Shown here in pieces: positions 30,180 to 40,390 of a DNA stretch of 64,000 bases (positions are counted from its first letter, which is position 1; each line of letters begins with the position of its first letter). The stretch is from assembly GCA_903852585.1 (NCBI GenBank), contig CAINRG010000033.1:5633-69632 (forward strand), written 5' to 3'. The position numbers and the translations under genes were made by a program. The stretch is from an uncultured Actinomycetes bacterium (GTDB taxonomy: Bacteria; Actinomycetota; Actinomycetes; Nanopelagicales; Nanopelagicaceae). The notes under the pieces were generated by a model that did not search any database, was not told the DNA's origin, and saw nothing but the letters and a program-made list of their open reading frames with translations.

Positions 30180-32087
30180 CTACGAATCGAGGATCTCACC
30201 AGTAGAGATATCGACAACTGGTTCTGATTCCTGAAGGTGCTCAAAAATCAGGGTCGCGATTTTTTCGCCGATACCCGGAATGAGAGCGATTTCTGCGCGT
30301 GTGGACTTTTTTATGGATGCTACAGATCCAAATTTTTCCAAAAGCGCAGCGCGTCGAACTTCACCTAGATGAGGAATCTCATCAAGAAGGGATTCCAACA
30401 TCACTTTGGACCTTTTGCTTCTGTGGAATGTGATTGCAAAGCGATGAGCTTCGTCGCGAATTCGTTGTAGTAAATAGAGCCCCTCGCTATGTCGCGGAAA
30501 GATGATGGGCTCCTTGGAATCTGGCATCCAAACCTCTTCCAGGCGTTTTGCAAGGCCACATAATGCAACATCTGTTATTCCAAGCTCGGCTAGGGCCCGA
30601 GATGCAGCGGCAACCTGGGGCGCACCGCCATCTACGACAATGAGTTGAGGCGGGTATGCAAACTTCGGGCGATTTCCCCCCTCCATCTTTACCTCATCAA
30701 GATCGATATCGCGTTCAGCGAGATAGCGCTTCATCCGACGAGTAATGACATGGTGCATCGCGCGGGTGTCATCAAAATCATTTTCATCATCTATAGCAAA
30801 ACGGCGATAATCACTCTTTTTGATACGTCCATCCTCAAAAACAACCATTGATGCAACCATATGCTTCCCCTGAATGTTAGAGATATCAAAACATTCAATC
30901 CGAAGCGGGAGCTCTGGCAGTTCTAAGTGTTCGGCAATCTCTTCTAACGCCTTCCCAGACACTGCAGCGTCAGTAGATCGCTTTGAGAGATATTGGATGA
31001 GTGCCTGATGCGCATTTCTTTTTACTGTTTGAACAAGATCGAACTTCTCTCCACGCTGTGGAGTGGAAATGGCTACTTTCTTTCCTAGAATTTCCGTGAG
31101 CCAATCACCGTATTGCACCGCTGCGGAAAATTCACGATCTATAAGAACTTCTTGAGCCGGGGCTTGATCGGCGTAGATTTTTGCCAATGTTGACCCAACT
31201 ACCTCTTCTCCTTCAAGAACATTTGCTAAATCGATGACCCACGAGCGCGAGGAGACTATCCGCCCTTGTCGGACGGAGAAGAGAGATGCAGCAGCATGGG
31301 TAACTTCTTCGTGAATCGCGATAATGTCAGCAGAAATATTTGCAGAACGAAGAGTATCGCTGGTCTCGGTAGCCTTAATAAGTGCAGTCCATTGATCACG
31401 CAGCTTTGCTGCCCGCTCAAATTCTTGATTTTCTGCCGCTTGAAGCATCTCTTTCTCAAGTTGAGAAGTGACATCTGTATTATCTGAGGCAAAAAATTCG
31501 GCTAGGCGCTCGGCCATCGCGTGATGATCTTCTTTCGATATCCAGTTCACGCATGGTGCCGCGCACTTTCCAATATCACCAAGTAGGCACTGTCGCTTAT
31601 TCTTTTGGGCACGTTCGAAATTGGAATTGCTACACGTTCGAACGGGGTAAATTTTCAGCAACGTATCAAATGTTGTACGAAGAGCCCATGCATGAGCAAA
31701 AGGGCCAAAGTATTTAACGCCCTTTATCTTCCTTTGGCGCGAGATATACATTTTCGGGAACTCTTCATTGAGGCTGATGGCCACGTATGGATATGACTTA
31801 TCGTCCTTAAATTGAACATTAAAATGTGGATTTTCTGATTTTATCCATGTGTATTCAAGCTGAAGGGCTTCAACCTCAGTATCAACAACGGTCCAGTCAA
31901 CTCGGCTGGCTGTGTGAACCATGCGATATGTCTTAGTGGCAAGATTTGATCCAAAGTAACTATTGAGCCGATTCTTAAGATTCTTCGCCTTGCCGACATA
32001 GATAACCCGATCATCTTTGTCAAAGAAGCGATAGACACCGGGGTCAGTTGGAATATTTTTTGGACGATAGCTCTGAGGATCGTTCAT
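30180..32087 (-). CDS. uvrC: excinuclease ABC subunit C
   Basis: 635 aa. GIY-YIG N-terminus (GVYRF...VIYVGKAKNLKNR), UVR domain, C-terminal HhH. Confidence 0.95.
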   Translation of the reverse strand: MNDPQSYRPKNIPTDPGVYRFFDKDDRVIYVGKAKNLKNRLNSYFGSNLATKTYRMVHTASRVDWTVVDTEVEALQLEYTWIKSENPHFNVQFKDDKSYPYVAISLNEEFPKMYISRQRKIKGVKYFGPFAHAWALRTTFDTLLKIYPVRTCSNSNFERAQKNKRQCLLGDIGKCAAPCVNWISKEDHHAMAERLAEFFASDNTDVTSQLEKEMLQAAENQEFERAAKLRDQWTALIKATETSDTLRSANISADIIAIHEEVTHAAASLFSVRQGRIVSSRSWVIDLANVLEGEEVVGSTLAKIYADQAPAQEVLIDREFSAAVQYGDWLTEILGKKVAISTPQRGEKFDLVQTVKRNAHQALIQYLSKRSTDAAVSGKALEEIAEHLELPELPLRIECFDISNIQGKHMVASMVVFEDGRIKKSDYRRFAIDDENDFDDTRAMHHVITRRMKRYLAERDIDLDEVKMEGGNRPKFAYPPQLIVVDGGAPQVAAASRALAELGITDVALCGLAKRLEEVWMPDSKEPIIFPRHSEGLYLLQRIRDEAHRFAITFHRSKRSKVMLESLLDEIPHLGEVRRAALLEKFGSVASIKKSTRAEIALIPGIGEKIATLIFEHLQESEPVVDISTGEILDS

Positions 32088-32097
32088 TTCAAATTAT

Positions 32098-34941
32098 TTA
32101 CTTTGCCTTCAACATTGGTGCCAAGAACTGACCTGTATAACTCGCCTTATTCTTCGAAACTTGTTCTGGTGTTCCCTCAGCGATTACAAGACCTCCCCCA
32201 GATCCACCTTCTGGACCCATGTCAATGACCCAATCAGCGCATTTGATAACATCAAGATTATGTTCGATGACAATTACTGTATTTCCTGAATCCACCAAAC
32301 GATTCAACACAATCAAAAGTTTGCGAACATCTTCAAAGTGAAGTCCCGTTGTAGGTTCATCCAAAACGTAAATAGTGCGGCCTGTTGACCTGCGTTGAAG
32401 TTCTGTAGCAAGTTTGACACGTTGAGCTTCTCCCCCAGAAAGGGTCGGAGCTGATTGACCAAGACGTACATAACCCAAGCCAACATCATTGAGTGTCTTG
32501 AGGAACCGTGAAATAGCAGGGACTGACTCGAAAAAGGCGCTTGCCTCTTCGATCGGCATATCAAGAACCTGTGCAATCGTCTTGCCCTTGTAATGTACTT
32601 CAAGAGTTTCTCGGTTATATCTCGCTCCATGACAGACTTCGCATGGAACATATACATCAGGCAAAAAGTTCATTTCAATGGTGATGGTGCCATCTCCTGC
32701 ACAATTCTCGCATCGACCACCCTTGACGTTAAACGAGAATCGGCCTTGTTGGTACCCGCGAATCTTTGCTTCGGCAGTTTCAGCGAAGAGCGCTCGAATC
32801 TTGTCAAAGACACCGGTGTACGTAGCAGGATTGGAACGAGGAGTCCGGCCGATGGGCGATTGATCGACATGTACAACTTTGTCGAGATTTTCTAGCCCCG
32901 AAATTGAACGATGTCGGCCCGGCACGATACGCGCGCCATTAAGTTTGTTAGCAAGAACTGAGTAAAGAATGTCATTTACAAGAGTGGACTTTCCGGAACC
33001 ACTGACGCCAGTGACTGCTACAAAATTTCCAAGTGGAAATGTGACGGAAATATTCTGAAGATTATTCTCTTTTGCTTCCTTGACGGTGAGTTCGCGACCC
33101 TTTTCTTGCGGTCTACGCGACTCTGGAATCTCAATCTTTGTTCGTCCCGAAAGATACGCACCCGTTATGGAATCTTTCGCATTAATCAAAGACTCGTAAT
33201 CGCCAGATGAGACTACTTTTCCGCCGTGTTCTCCAGCCCCAGGACCAATATCTACAATCCAGTCCGCTGTACGAATCGTATCTTCGTCGTGCTCTACGAC
33301 AATGAGGGTGTTTCCAAGGTCTCTCAATCGCGTCAATGTGTCAATCAGGCGACGATTATCTCGTTGATGAAGGCCGATGCTTGGCTCATCAAGTACATAG
33401 AGAACACCGACAAGTCCGGAACCAATTTGCGTTGCAAGACGAATGCGCTGCGCTTCACCTCCTGAAAGAGTCACTGCACCACGTTCGAGCGAGAGATAAT
33501 CCAGACCCACATCAAGAAGGAATCCAAGACGAGCGTGAACTTCCTTCAAGACCCGTTCTGCAATTTTCTTCTCTCGAGCATTCAAGGAAATCTTTTTGAG
33601 AAAATCTGCACATTCTCCGATCGAGAGTTCGCAAACCTGCGCAATACTCTTTCCACCCAGTGTTACTGCAAGAACTTCTGGTTTTAACCGTGCACCTTTA
33701 CATGAAGGGCATGGTGTCTCTCGCATATACGCCTCATACTTTTCACGACTGTAGTCACTATCAGTCTCCGAATGGCGACGGTGGATAAATGGAATGACTC
33801 CTTCAAAGCCCGTCGTGTAATTCTTGGTCCCGTAGCGACCCTTGTACTTCATCTTAATTTCGTATTCATAACCATGCAGGATTGCATCACGAGATTTAGC
33901 TGAAATCTTCTTCCATGGAACATCCAAGGAGAATGTGATGTCCTTCGCAAGGGCTTCTAATAGGCGCTCAAAATAATCAGAGGACTGACCACCTGACCAT
34001 GGAGCGATTGCACCTTCATAAATGGAGATCGAATCGTCGGGTATGACAAGTTCTTCATCAACTTCCAGACGAGTACCTATACCTGTGCATTCTGGACATG
34101 CTCCAAATGGTGAATTGAAAGAGAAGGAACGTGGCTCCATCTCTTCAAAAGAGAGCTCACAATCATGGCAAGCCATATGCTCACTAAATACTTTTTCTTT
34201 TTCACTTTTTTTGGCGTCAAGGTCAACAAAATCAAGAATTACAAGACCATTTGCCAATTTGAGAGCTGTTTCTACAGAGTCAGTCAGGCGTGTTTTTGCA
34301 TCTGGCTTTACCGCAAGTCGATCAACTACAACTTCAATTGTGTGCTTATCTTGCTTTTTCAATTTTGGAATTTCCGCTAACGGATAAACAATTCCGTCGA
34401 CTCGAGCTCGGGAAAATCCTTGAGTTGTAAATTCTTTGAAAAGGTCGAGAAACTCGCCTTTTCGAGCTCTCACTACCGGGGCAAGAACTTGGAACCGTAT
34501 CCCTTCCTCGAGGGCCAAAATTTGATCAACGATATTTTGAGGAGTCTGCTTTGCAATTGCTTTTCCACATTTTGGGCAATGCGGGCGCCCAGCACGTGCA
34601 TACAAAAGCCTGAGATAGTCATAAACCTCGGTAATTGTTCCTACTGTAGAGCGCGGATTTCGATTTGTTGATTTTTGGTCAATCGAAACAGCAGGAGAAA
34701 GGCCTTCAATAAAATCAACATCAGGCTTATCCATTTGACCTAGAAATTGACGCGCATATGCCGAGAGAGACTCCACATAGCGACGCTGACCTTCGGCGAA
34801 TATCGTGTCAAAGGCGAGTGAAGATTTTCCTGAGCCAGAGAGACCAGTAAAAACTATGAGTGCATTACGAGGCAGATCAATAGAGACATTCTTTAAATTG
34901 TGCTCGCGGGCTCCGCGAACGACAAGACGATCTGCGCTCAT
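32098..34941 (-). CDS. uvrA: excinuclease ABC subunit A
   Basis: 947 aa. Two ABC modules ([18 protein letters not shown]; LSGGEAQR twice) and zinc-finger Cys clusters. Confidence 0.96.
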   Translation of the reverse strand: MSADRLVVRGAREHNLKNVSIDLPRNALIVFTGLSGSGKSSLAFDTIFAEGQRRYVESLSAYARQFLGQMDKPDVDFIEGLSPAVSIDQKSTNRNPRSTVGTITEVYDYLRLLYARAGRPHCPKCGKAIAKQTPQNIVDQILALEEGIRFQVLAPVVRARKGEFLDLFKEFTTQGFSRARVDGIVYPLAEIPKLKKQDKHTIEVVVDRLAVKPDAKTRLTDSVETALKLANGLVILDFVDLDAKKSEKEKVFSEHMACHDCELSFEEMEPRSFSFNSPFGACPECTGIGTRLEVDEELVIPDDSISIYEGAIAPWSGGQSSDYFERLLEALAKDITFSLDVPWKKISAKSRDAILHGYEYEIKMKYKGRYGTKNYTTGFEGVIPFIHRRHSETDSDYSREKYEAYMRETPCPSCKGARLKPEVLAVTLGGKSIAQVCELSIGECADFLKKISLNAREKKIAERVLKEVHARLGFLLDVGLDYLSLERGAVTLSGGEAQRIRLATQIGSGLVGVLYVLDEPSIGLHQRDNRRLIDTLTRLRDLGNTLIVVEHDEDTIRTADWIVDIGPGAGEHGGKVVSSGDYESLINAKDSITGAYLSGRTKIEIPESRRPQEKGRELTVKEAKENNLQNISVTFPLGNFVAVTGVSGSGKSTLVNDILYSVLANKLNGARIVPGRHRSISGLENLDKVVHVDQSPIGRTPRSNPATYTGVFDKIRALFAETAEAKIRGYQQGRFSFNVKGGRCENCAGDGTITIEMNFLPDVYVPCEVCHGARYNRETLEVHYKGKTIAQVLDMPIEEASAFFESVPAISRFLKTLNDVGLGYVRLGQSAPTLSGGEAQRVKLATELQRRSTGRTIYVLDEPTTGLHFEDVRKLLIVLNRLVDSGNTVIVIEHNLDVIKCADWVIDMGPEGGSGGGLVIAEGTPEQVSKNKASYTGQFLAPMLKAK

Positions 34942-37010
34942 ACACCAGCCTCTTCCATGCTCCGTAGTTCTTTCTTGAGGATTCTAATCTCATCGCGCAA
35001 CTTAGCAGCAACCTCAAATTGAAGATCTCCTGCTGCGCTCTTCATTTGGTCAGTGAGCGAGTCTATGAGAGCACGGAGTTCCTGCCGAGGCATAGACGTT
35101 GTATCTCGAGGTGTAATTCCGGCACTTACCAGAGCCCCCTTCTTCCCCCAAGGAAGCGTCTCTTCTGTGTCTTCTATCTCTTTTGCTATTAAATCAGTTA
35201 TATCTGCAATCTTCTTCCGAAGTGGGGTCGGATCGATCCCGTTTGCTGTGTTGTAGGCGACCTGTTTCTCTCTGCGACGATTTGTCTCATCGATGGCAGC
35301 AACCATGGATTTTGTCATGTTATCGGCATACATATGTACTTCTCCCGAGACATTTCGAGCTGCTCGGCCGATAGTCTGAATGAGAGAAGTTGTTGATCTC
35401 AAGAATCCTTCTTTGTCGGCATCAAGAATTGCGACAAGTGAAACCTCTGGAAGATCCAAACCTTCTCTGAGCAAATTGATTCCGATAAGGACATCAAACT
35501 CGCCCATGCGAAGTTCCCGCAAGAGTTCAACTCTGCGCAGGGTATCTACTTCTGAGTGAAGATACTGAACTTTTATTCCTAATCCCCCAAGATATTCAGT
35601 CAAATCTTCTGACATCTTCTTTGTCAGGGTCGTTACAAGAACTCGTTCATTCTTCTCTGATCGTTTTCTAATCTCTGCTACGAGATCATCAATCTGGCCC
35701 TTAATAGGCTTCACAATAATCTGTGGATCCACAAGTCCGGTTGGTCGAATCACCTGTTCTACTACGTCACCACCAACCTTGGCCATCTCATATTTTCCTG
35801 GCGTTGCCGAGAGGTAGATTGTTTGGCCTTTTCGCTCTTCGAACTCGTCAAAGCGGAGTGGTCTGTTATCCATTGCGCTAGGTAGGCGGAAACCGTGTTC
35901 GACCAAGGTTCGCTTACGCGCGGCATCACCTTCATGCATTGCACCAATCTGCGGGACGGTTACGTGCGACTCATCGATGACCACAAGAAAGTCTTCTGGG
36001 AAATAGTCAAGCAGACAATTGGGAGGCGATCCCGGGTCACGATCGTCGATATGACGAGAATAGTTTTCAATTCCGGAACAGAAGCCCAGTTGTTGAATCA
36101 TTTCAAGGTCAAATGTGGTGCGCATCCGAAGGCGCTGAGCCTCTAGAAGTTTTCCTTGCTTCTCGAAGAGTCGTACTCGTTCTTCCATTTCAGCTTCAAT
36201 ACCACCCATTGCTCGCTTCATGGTTTCAGGACCGGCTGCGTAGTGACTTGCGGGAAAGATATACATTTCACTTTCATCGCGAATAATCTCGCCTGTCAGA
36301 GGATGAAGTGTTGTGAGTCTTTCGATTTCATCACCAAACATTTCAATTCGAACAGCAAGTTCCTCATACATAGGGATAATTTCAATGGTGTCTCCCCGAA
36401 CTCGGAAAGTTCCCCGCTCAAAAGCCATATCGTTCCGCTTATATTGAATGTCAACAAACTTGCGAAGAAGAGAATTTCTTTCCATGGAGTCACCAACGCG
36501 AAGTCGGACCATGCGATCGATATATTCCTGAGGTGTACCTAAACCATAAATACATGAAACCGTCGCAACGACAATTACATCTCTTCGAGTGAGGAGAGCG
36601 TTTGTCGCTGAGTGGCGAAGTCGCTCGACCTCATCATTGACAGATGAATCCTTTTCGATAAATGTATCCGATTGCGGTACATACGCTTCAGGTTGGTAGT
36701 AGTCATAATAAGAAACAAAATATTCGACTGCATTATTTGGCAACAATTCTCTAAATTCATTTGCGAGTTGGGCTGCCAGAGTCTTATTGGGTGCCATAAC
36801 GAGAGTAGGTCTTTGCAGTTTTTCTATCAGCCAGGCCGTTGTAGCGGATTTTCCCGTACCTGTGGCGCCAAGAAGAACGACATCCTTCTCTCCAGCTTCA
36901 ATTCTCTTTGCAATCTCTGCAATTGCTGCTGGTTGGTCACCCGATGGTATGTAATCACTGATTACCTCGAATGGGCTGACAGTTCGTTGTAAATCTGAGA
37001 TTGGTCTCAT
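34938..37010 (-). CDS. uvrB: excinuclease ABC subunit B
   Basis: 690 aa. [15 protein letters not shown]-terminal UVR motif. 4-nt overlaps with coaE and uvrA. Confidence 0.96.
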   Translation of the reverse strand: MRPISDLQRTVSPFEVISDYIPSGDQPAAIAEIAKRIEAGEKDVVLLGATGTGKSATTAWLIEKLQRPTLVMAPNKTLAAQLANEFRELLPNNAVEYFVSYYDYYQPEAYVPQSDTFIEKDSSVNDEVERLRHSATNALLTRRDVIVVATVSCIYGLGTPQEYIDRMVRLRVGDSMERNSLLRKFVDIQYKRNDMAFERGTFRVRGDTIEIIPMYEELAVRIEMFGDEIERLTTLHPLTGEIIRDESEMYIFPASHYAAGPETMKRAMGGIEAEMEERVRLFEKQGKLLEAQRLRMRTTFDLEMIQQLGFCSGIENYSRHIDDRDPGSPPNCLLDYFPEDFLVVIDESHVTVPQIGAMHEGDAARKRTLVEHGFRLPSAMDNRPLRFDEFEERKGQTIYLSATPGKYEMAKVGGDVVEQVIRPTGLVDPQIIVKPIKGQIDDLVAEIRKRSEKNERVLVTTLTKKMSEDLTEYLGGLGIKVQYLHSEVDTLRRVELLRELRMGEFDVLIGINLLREGLDLPEVSLVAILDADKEGFLRSTTSLIQTIGRAARNVSGEVHMYADNMTKSMVAAIDETNRRREKQVAYNTANGIDPTPLRKKIADITDLIAKEIEDTEETLPWGKKGALVSAGITPRDTTSMPRQELRALIDSLTDQMKSAAGDLQFEVAAKLRDEIRILKKELRSMEEAGV

Positions 37011-37600
37011 AACTTCATTTCCGCAAGAAGTTCTGAATACACTGCTTCTACTTCTCGCAAGAGATTCTCTTCGTTGCCATGGTTTTCGATGATGAAGTCA
37101 GAAATTTCTATGCGCTCTTCATCGCTTACCTGAGATTGCATTCGACGAGTGATTTCACTGTTTGACATGCCGCGGGCTTTAAGGCGCTCAACCCGTTTTT
37201 CTCGCGTTGAGATAACGGTGATGATGCGATCAAAGCGATCCATCCCCCCGGTTTCAACCAGGAGTGGGATTTGATTAATGATGATGGAGTCCTCTGGGGC
37301 TTGCGCGACTAGTTCACTGAATGTGGCTTGAATCCGCGGATGGATAATCGATTCCAAATCAACTCGGGCCTGTGAATCTTCAAAAACAATTTCACCCAAC
37401 TTCCTTCGATCAATATCTCCCTCAGTCAGGATTGCGTCACCAAAGCGATTGATGACCTCATCAAATCCCGGCGTGCCGCGTTCAATGACATCCCGAGCGA
37501 GTTGATCAGAATCCACAACTATTGCACCAAGATTCTGAAAGTAGCCACCGGCATGAGACTTTCCCGACCCTATTCCTCCGGTAAGTGCCACAATCAACAT
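37007..37600 (-). CDS. coaE: dephospho-CoA kinase (kinase domain only)
   Basis: 197 aa. P-loop GGIGSGKS. Confidence 0.9.
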   Translation of the reverse strand: MLIVALTGGIGSGKSHAGGYFQNLGAIVVDSDQLARDVIERGTPGFDEVINRFGDAILTEGDIDRRKLGEIVFEDSQARVDLESIIHPRIQATFSELVAQAPEDSIIINQIPLLVETGGMDRFDRIITVISTREKRVERLKARGMSNSEITRRMQSQVSDEERIEISDFIIENHGNEENLLREVEAVYSELLAEMKL

Positions 37601-37635
37601 GGCGTCAGCCTATCTACCGACGCGTGAGAAATGAA

Positions 37636-37663
37636 AAAGGCCCCGACCGAAGTCAGGGCCTTT
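37636..37663 (-). terminator. intrinsic terminator downstream of rpsA
   Basis: The minus-strand RNA reads AAAGGCCC-U-GAC-UUCG-GUC-G-GGGCCUUU followed by UUCAUUUCUC. A second hairpin (TGCCAG-N5-CTGGCA, 37673-37689) lies closer to the stop. Confidence 0.65.
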
Positions 37664-37707
37664 AACTCTATGTGCCAGAAGGTCTGGCAGCAGATGCGCT
37701 GGGAGAT

Positions 37708-39051
37708 TTACTCGGCAGCAGGTGCGGCTGTTTCGGCAGCTACATCTGCGGCACGTGCCTCATCCTTTTGCTTCTTGTGAGCAATAAAGCGAGCTTGAGC
37801 TTCAGCATATTGACGCTCCCACTCTTCGCGTTGGGATTCAAAACCAGGGCGCCACTCTTGTGAGTCTGCGTCGAAACCTTCTGGGTAGATGAAGTTGCCT
37901 TCTGCATCGTAGCGAGCTGCCATTCCATATTGAGTTGGATCAAATGCCTCAACTTCGACTTCGTGGCCTTCATTTGCTTGCTTAAGTGAAAGTGAGATAC
38001 GGCGACGCTCTAGGTCGATATCAATGATCTTAACAAACAATGAATCGCCAACCTGGACAACCTGCTCTGGGATTTCAACGTGGCGTTCAGCCAACTCTGA
38101 AATATGAACAAGGCCTTCAATTCCTTCGAATACGCGGATAAATGCGCCGAATGGAACAAGCTTTGTTACTTCACCAGGAACAACTTGGTTAATGGTGTGT
38201 GTGCGAGCAAATGCTTGCCACGGATCTTCCTGTGTTGCCTTTAGAGACAATGAAACGCGCTCGCGTTCAAAATCAACTTCAAGAACTTCAACAGTAACTT
38301 CATCGCCCACTTCGACAACTTCGCTTGGATGATCAATGTGCTTCCATGAAAGCTCTGAAACGTGAACAAGACCATCTACGCCACCAAGGTCAACGAAAGC
38401 ACCGAAGTTTACGATAGATGAAACAACGCCTGTGCGAACTTGGCCCTTTGTGAGCTGGTTCAGGAATGTTGTGCGAGATTCTGATTGTGTCTGTTCGAGG
38501 TATGCACGACGAGATAGAACGACGTTGTTACGGTTCTTATCAAGTTCGATGATGCGAGCTTCAACAGTCTTACCAATGTAAGGAGTGAGATCGCGTACGC
38601 GGCGCATTTCAACCAATGATGCTGGAAGGAACCCGCGTAGACCGATATCAACGATCAAGCCACCCTTAACAACCTCAATGACAACACCAGTGACAACTTC
38701 GTCGCGTTCCTTTTTGCCTTCGATCTCTCCCCATGCACGCTCGTATTGAGCACGCTTCTTGGAAAGGATGAGGCGACCTTCTTTGTCTTCCTTCTGGAGT
38801 ACGAGCGCTTCAACGCGATCGCCAAGTTTTACGATCTCTGAAGGATCAGCATCGTGGCGAATAGAAAGTTCACGTGAAGGAATTACGCCTTCAGTCTTGT
38901 AACCAATATCGAGAAGTACCTCTTCGCGGTCTACTTGTACGACAATTCCCGAGACCAAGTCTCCGTCGTTAAAATTCTTTATTGTTCCTTCGATTGCCGC
39001 GAGAAAATCTTCTGCTGTTCCGACATCGTTAATTGTGATCTGAGTGCTCAA
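37708..39051 (-). CDS. rpsA: 30S ribosomal protein S1
   Basis: 447 aa with four S1 repeats. TTG start (39051-39049) with GGAG 4 nt upstream. Confidence 0.95.
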   Translation of the reverse strand: MSTQITINDVGTAEDFLAAIEGTIKNFNDGDLVSGIVVQVDREEVLLDIGYKTEGVIPSRELSIRHDADPSEIVKLGDRVEALVLQKEDKEGRLILSKKRAQYERAWGEIEGKKERDEVVTGVVIEVVKGGLIVDIGLRGFLPASLVEMRRVRDLTPYIGKTVEARIIELDKNRNNVVLSRRAYLEQTQSESRTTFLNQLTKGQVRTGVVSSIVNFGAFVDLGGVDGLVHVSELSWKHIDHPSEVVEVGDEVTVEVLEVDFERERVSLSLKATQEDPWQAFARTHTINQVVPGEVTKLVPFGAFIRVFEGIEGLVHISELAERHVEIPEQVVQVGDSLFVKIIDIDLERRRISLSLKQANEGHEVEVEAFDPTQYGMAARYDAEGNFIYPEGFDADSQEWRPGFESQREEWERQYAEAQARFIAHKKQKDEARAADVAAETAAPAAE

Positions 39052-39202
39052 GTTGCTCCGTAGGTGGATAGATGTAGTAGGTAACTCCCCCGCCTCCTAT
39101 ACAGAAGTTGGAGAGGTCAGACCCTGGTGGACTGAGTGCCCTAGGGTACTTGCGCAGGAATGAAGCGGTCAAAACGAGCGCCGCGGGCAGTAAAGTGCGC
39201 TC

Positions 39203-40390
39203 GTGCGCGAATATCTGCTCTTTCTCAAGACTCCAGGCGCCAAATCCCTCTTGCTGGCCGCACTTCCCGCCCGATTCGCCTACGGAATGATTGGGCTGGG
39301 TCTTTACTTCAAGGTCTACCATGAAACGCATTCCATCTCCGTCGCAGGATTTGCTGCAGGAGCCAATGGAATCGCCGGCTCACTCACGACGGGTGTACGA
39401 GCAGCACTTCTTGATAAATACGGTTTGAAATGGCCTCTTCGCTCATTTGTTCCTGCCTACGCAATCTCCATACTTTTCGTCAACGCATCCCACAGCAAAA
39501 GTTTGCTACTTGGATCGGCAATCCTTCTTGGAATTTGTGCCCCACCCATCAATCTCTCTGTTCGACCTTTGTGGCGTTCGATCGTTCCACAAGCAACTTT
39601 AAGAACCGCTTATGCGATCGACTCATCTTCAATGGAGATCGCTGCAATTCTTGGGCCACTTGCGGTTACAGCTCTCGCACTCTCATCGCATCCCGGGTTC
39701 GCGCTCACACTCTGTTCGCTCTCACTTTTGATAGGCGGCATTTCCATCTCATTTCTGGAGGTCGTGAATCGCTGGATTCCTGAAATGAAGAGTCCATCCG
39801 AGATGAAACTCTTTAGAATTCCGGGAATTCGACTCTTGGCATTTGAAGGACTCTTCATTGGTCTGGGCAATGGAATCTTTTCAATCGCCCTTCCTGCTTT
39901 TACGACAATTCAAAGCGTCCCAAAAATGACCTCAATTATTCTGGCTATTCAATCTTCTACGATGATTATTGGCAGTCTGATCGCAGGAACTATTGGAAAA
40001 CACTGGACTCCCCTTCAAGCATTCAAAAGAAATTACATTTTTTGGACACTTGCAGCACTGCCCCTTGCTTTCACAACTCCCGGATGGAGTTTGATGCTCA
40101 TCGGTGGTGTTCTTGGTCTTTTCATTGGAGCTCAACAAGTCTTTTACTTAGAAATGCTCGAATTCATTAGGCCAAAGGGTGCAGCGGCCTCCGCTCTCGG
40201 GTGGATGTGGATGATTGAAGGAAGTGCGGCGGCAGTCGGAAGTGCTATCGGTGGTTCACTCTCTGAATCTATAAGCCCGCAATTCTGCTTTGCACTCTCA
40301 AGTACCAGCGTCGTGATTGGCGCGGTTATCACCTTTTCGGGTCAACGCTATCTACAACGGGCGAATCGAAAGCACATTACAAACGACTAG
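39203..40390 (+). CDS. MFS transporter
   Basis: 395 aa, about 12 predicted hydrophobic helices. GTG start. Substrate unknown. Confidence 0.75.
   Translation: MREYLLFLKTPGAKSLLLAALPARFAYGMIGLGLYFKVYHETHSISVAGFAAGANGIAGSLTTGVRAALLDKYGLKWPLRSFVPAYAISILFVNASHSKSLLLGSAILLGICAPPINLSVRPLWRSIVPQATLRTAYAIDSSSMEIAAILGPLAVTALALSSHPGFALTLCSLSLLIGGISISFLEVVNRWIPEMKSPSEMKLFRIPGIRLLAFEGLFIGLGNGIFSIALPAFTTIQSVPKMTSIILAIQSSTMIIGSLIAGTIGKHWTPLQAFKRNYIFWTLAALPLAFTTPGWSLMLIGGVLGLFIGAQQVFYLEMLEFIRPKGAAASALGWMWMIEGSAAAVGSAIGGSLSESISPQFCFALSSTSVVIGAVITFSGQRYLQRANRKHITND

Noticed and set aside
31610-31642. Direct repeat CACGTTCGAA ... CACGTTCGAA inside uvrC, containing TTCGAA/GTTCGAAC, reminiscent of the actinobacterial LexA box TCGAAC-N4-GTTCGA.
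   Set aside because: The spacing and orientation do not match the SOS-box palindrome. It lies deep inside coding sequence in two different codon phases, so it is most likely coincidental.
39175-39203. 7-bp GC-rich stem (CGAGCGC-N15-GCGCTCG) whose 3' arm ends on the first base of the MFS transporter GTG start.
   Set aside because: It is a single hairpin in a divergent promoter region with no further evidence, and the MFS start itself is uncertain. That is too little to call a regulatory element.
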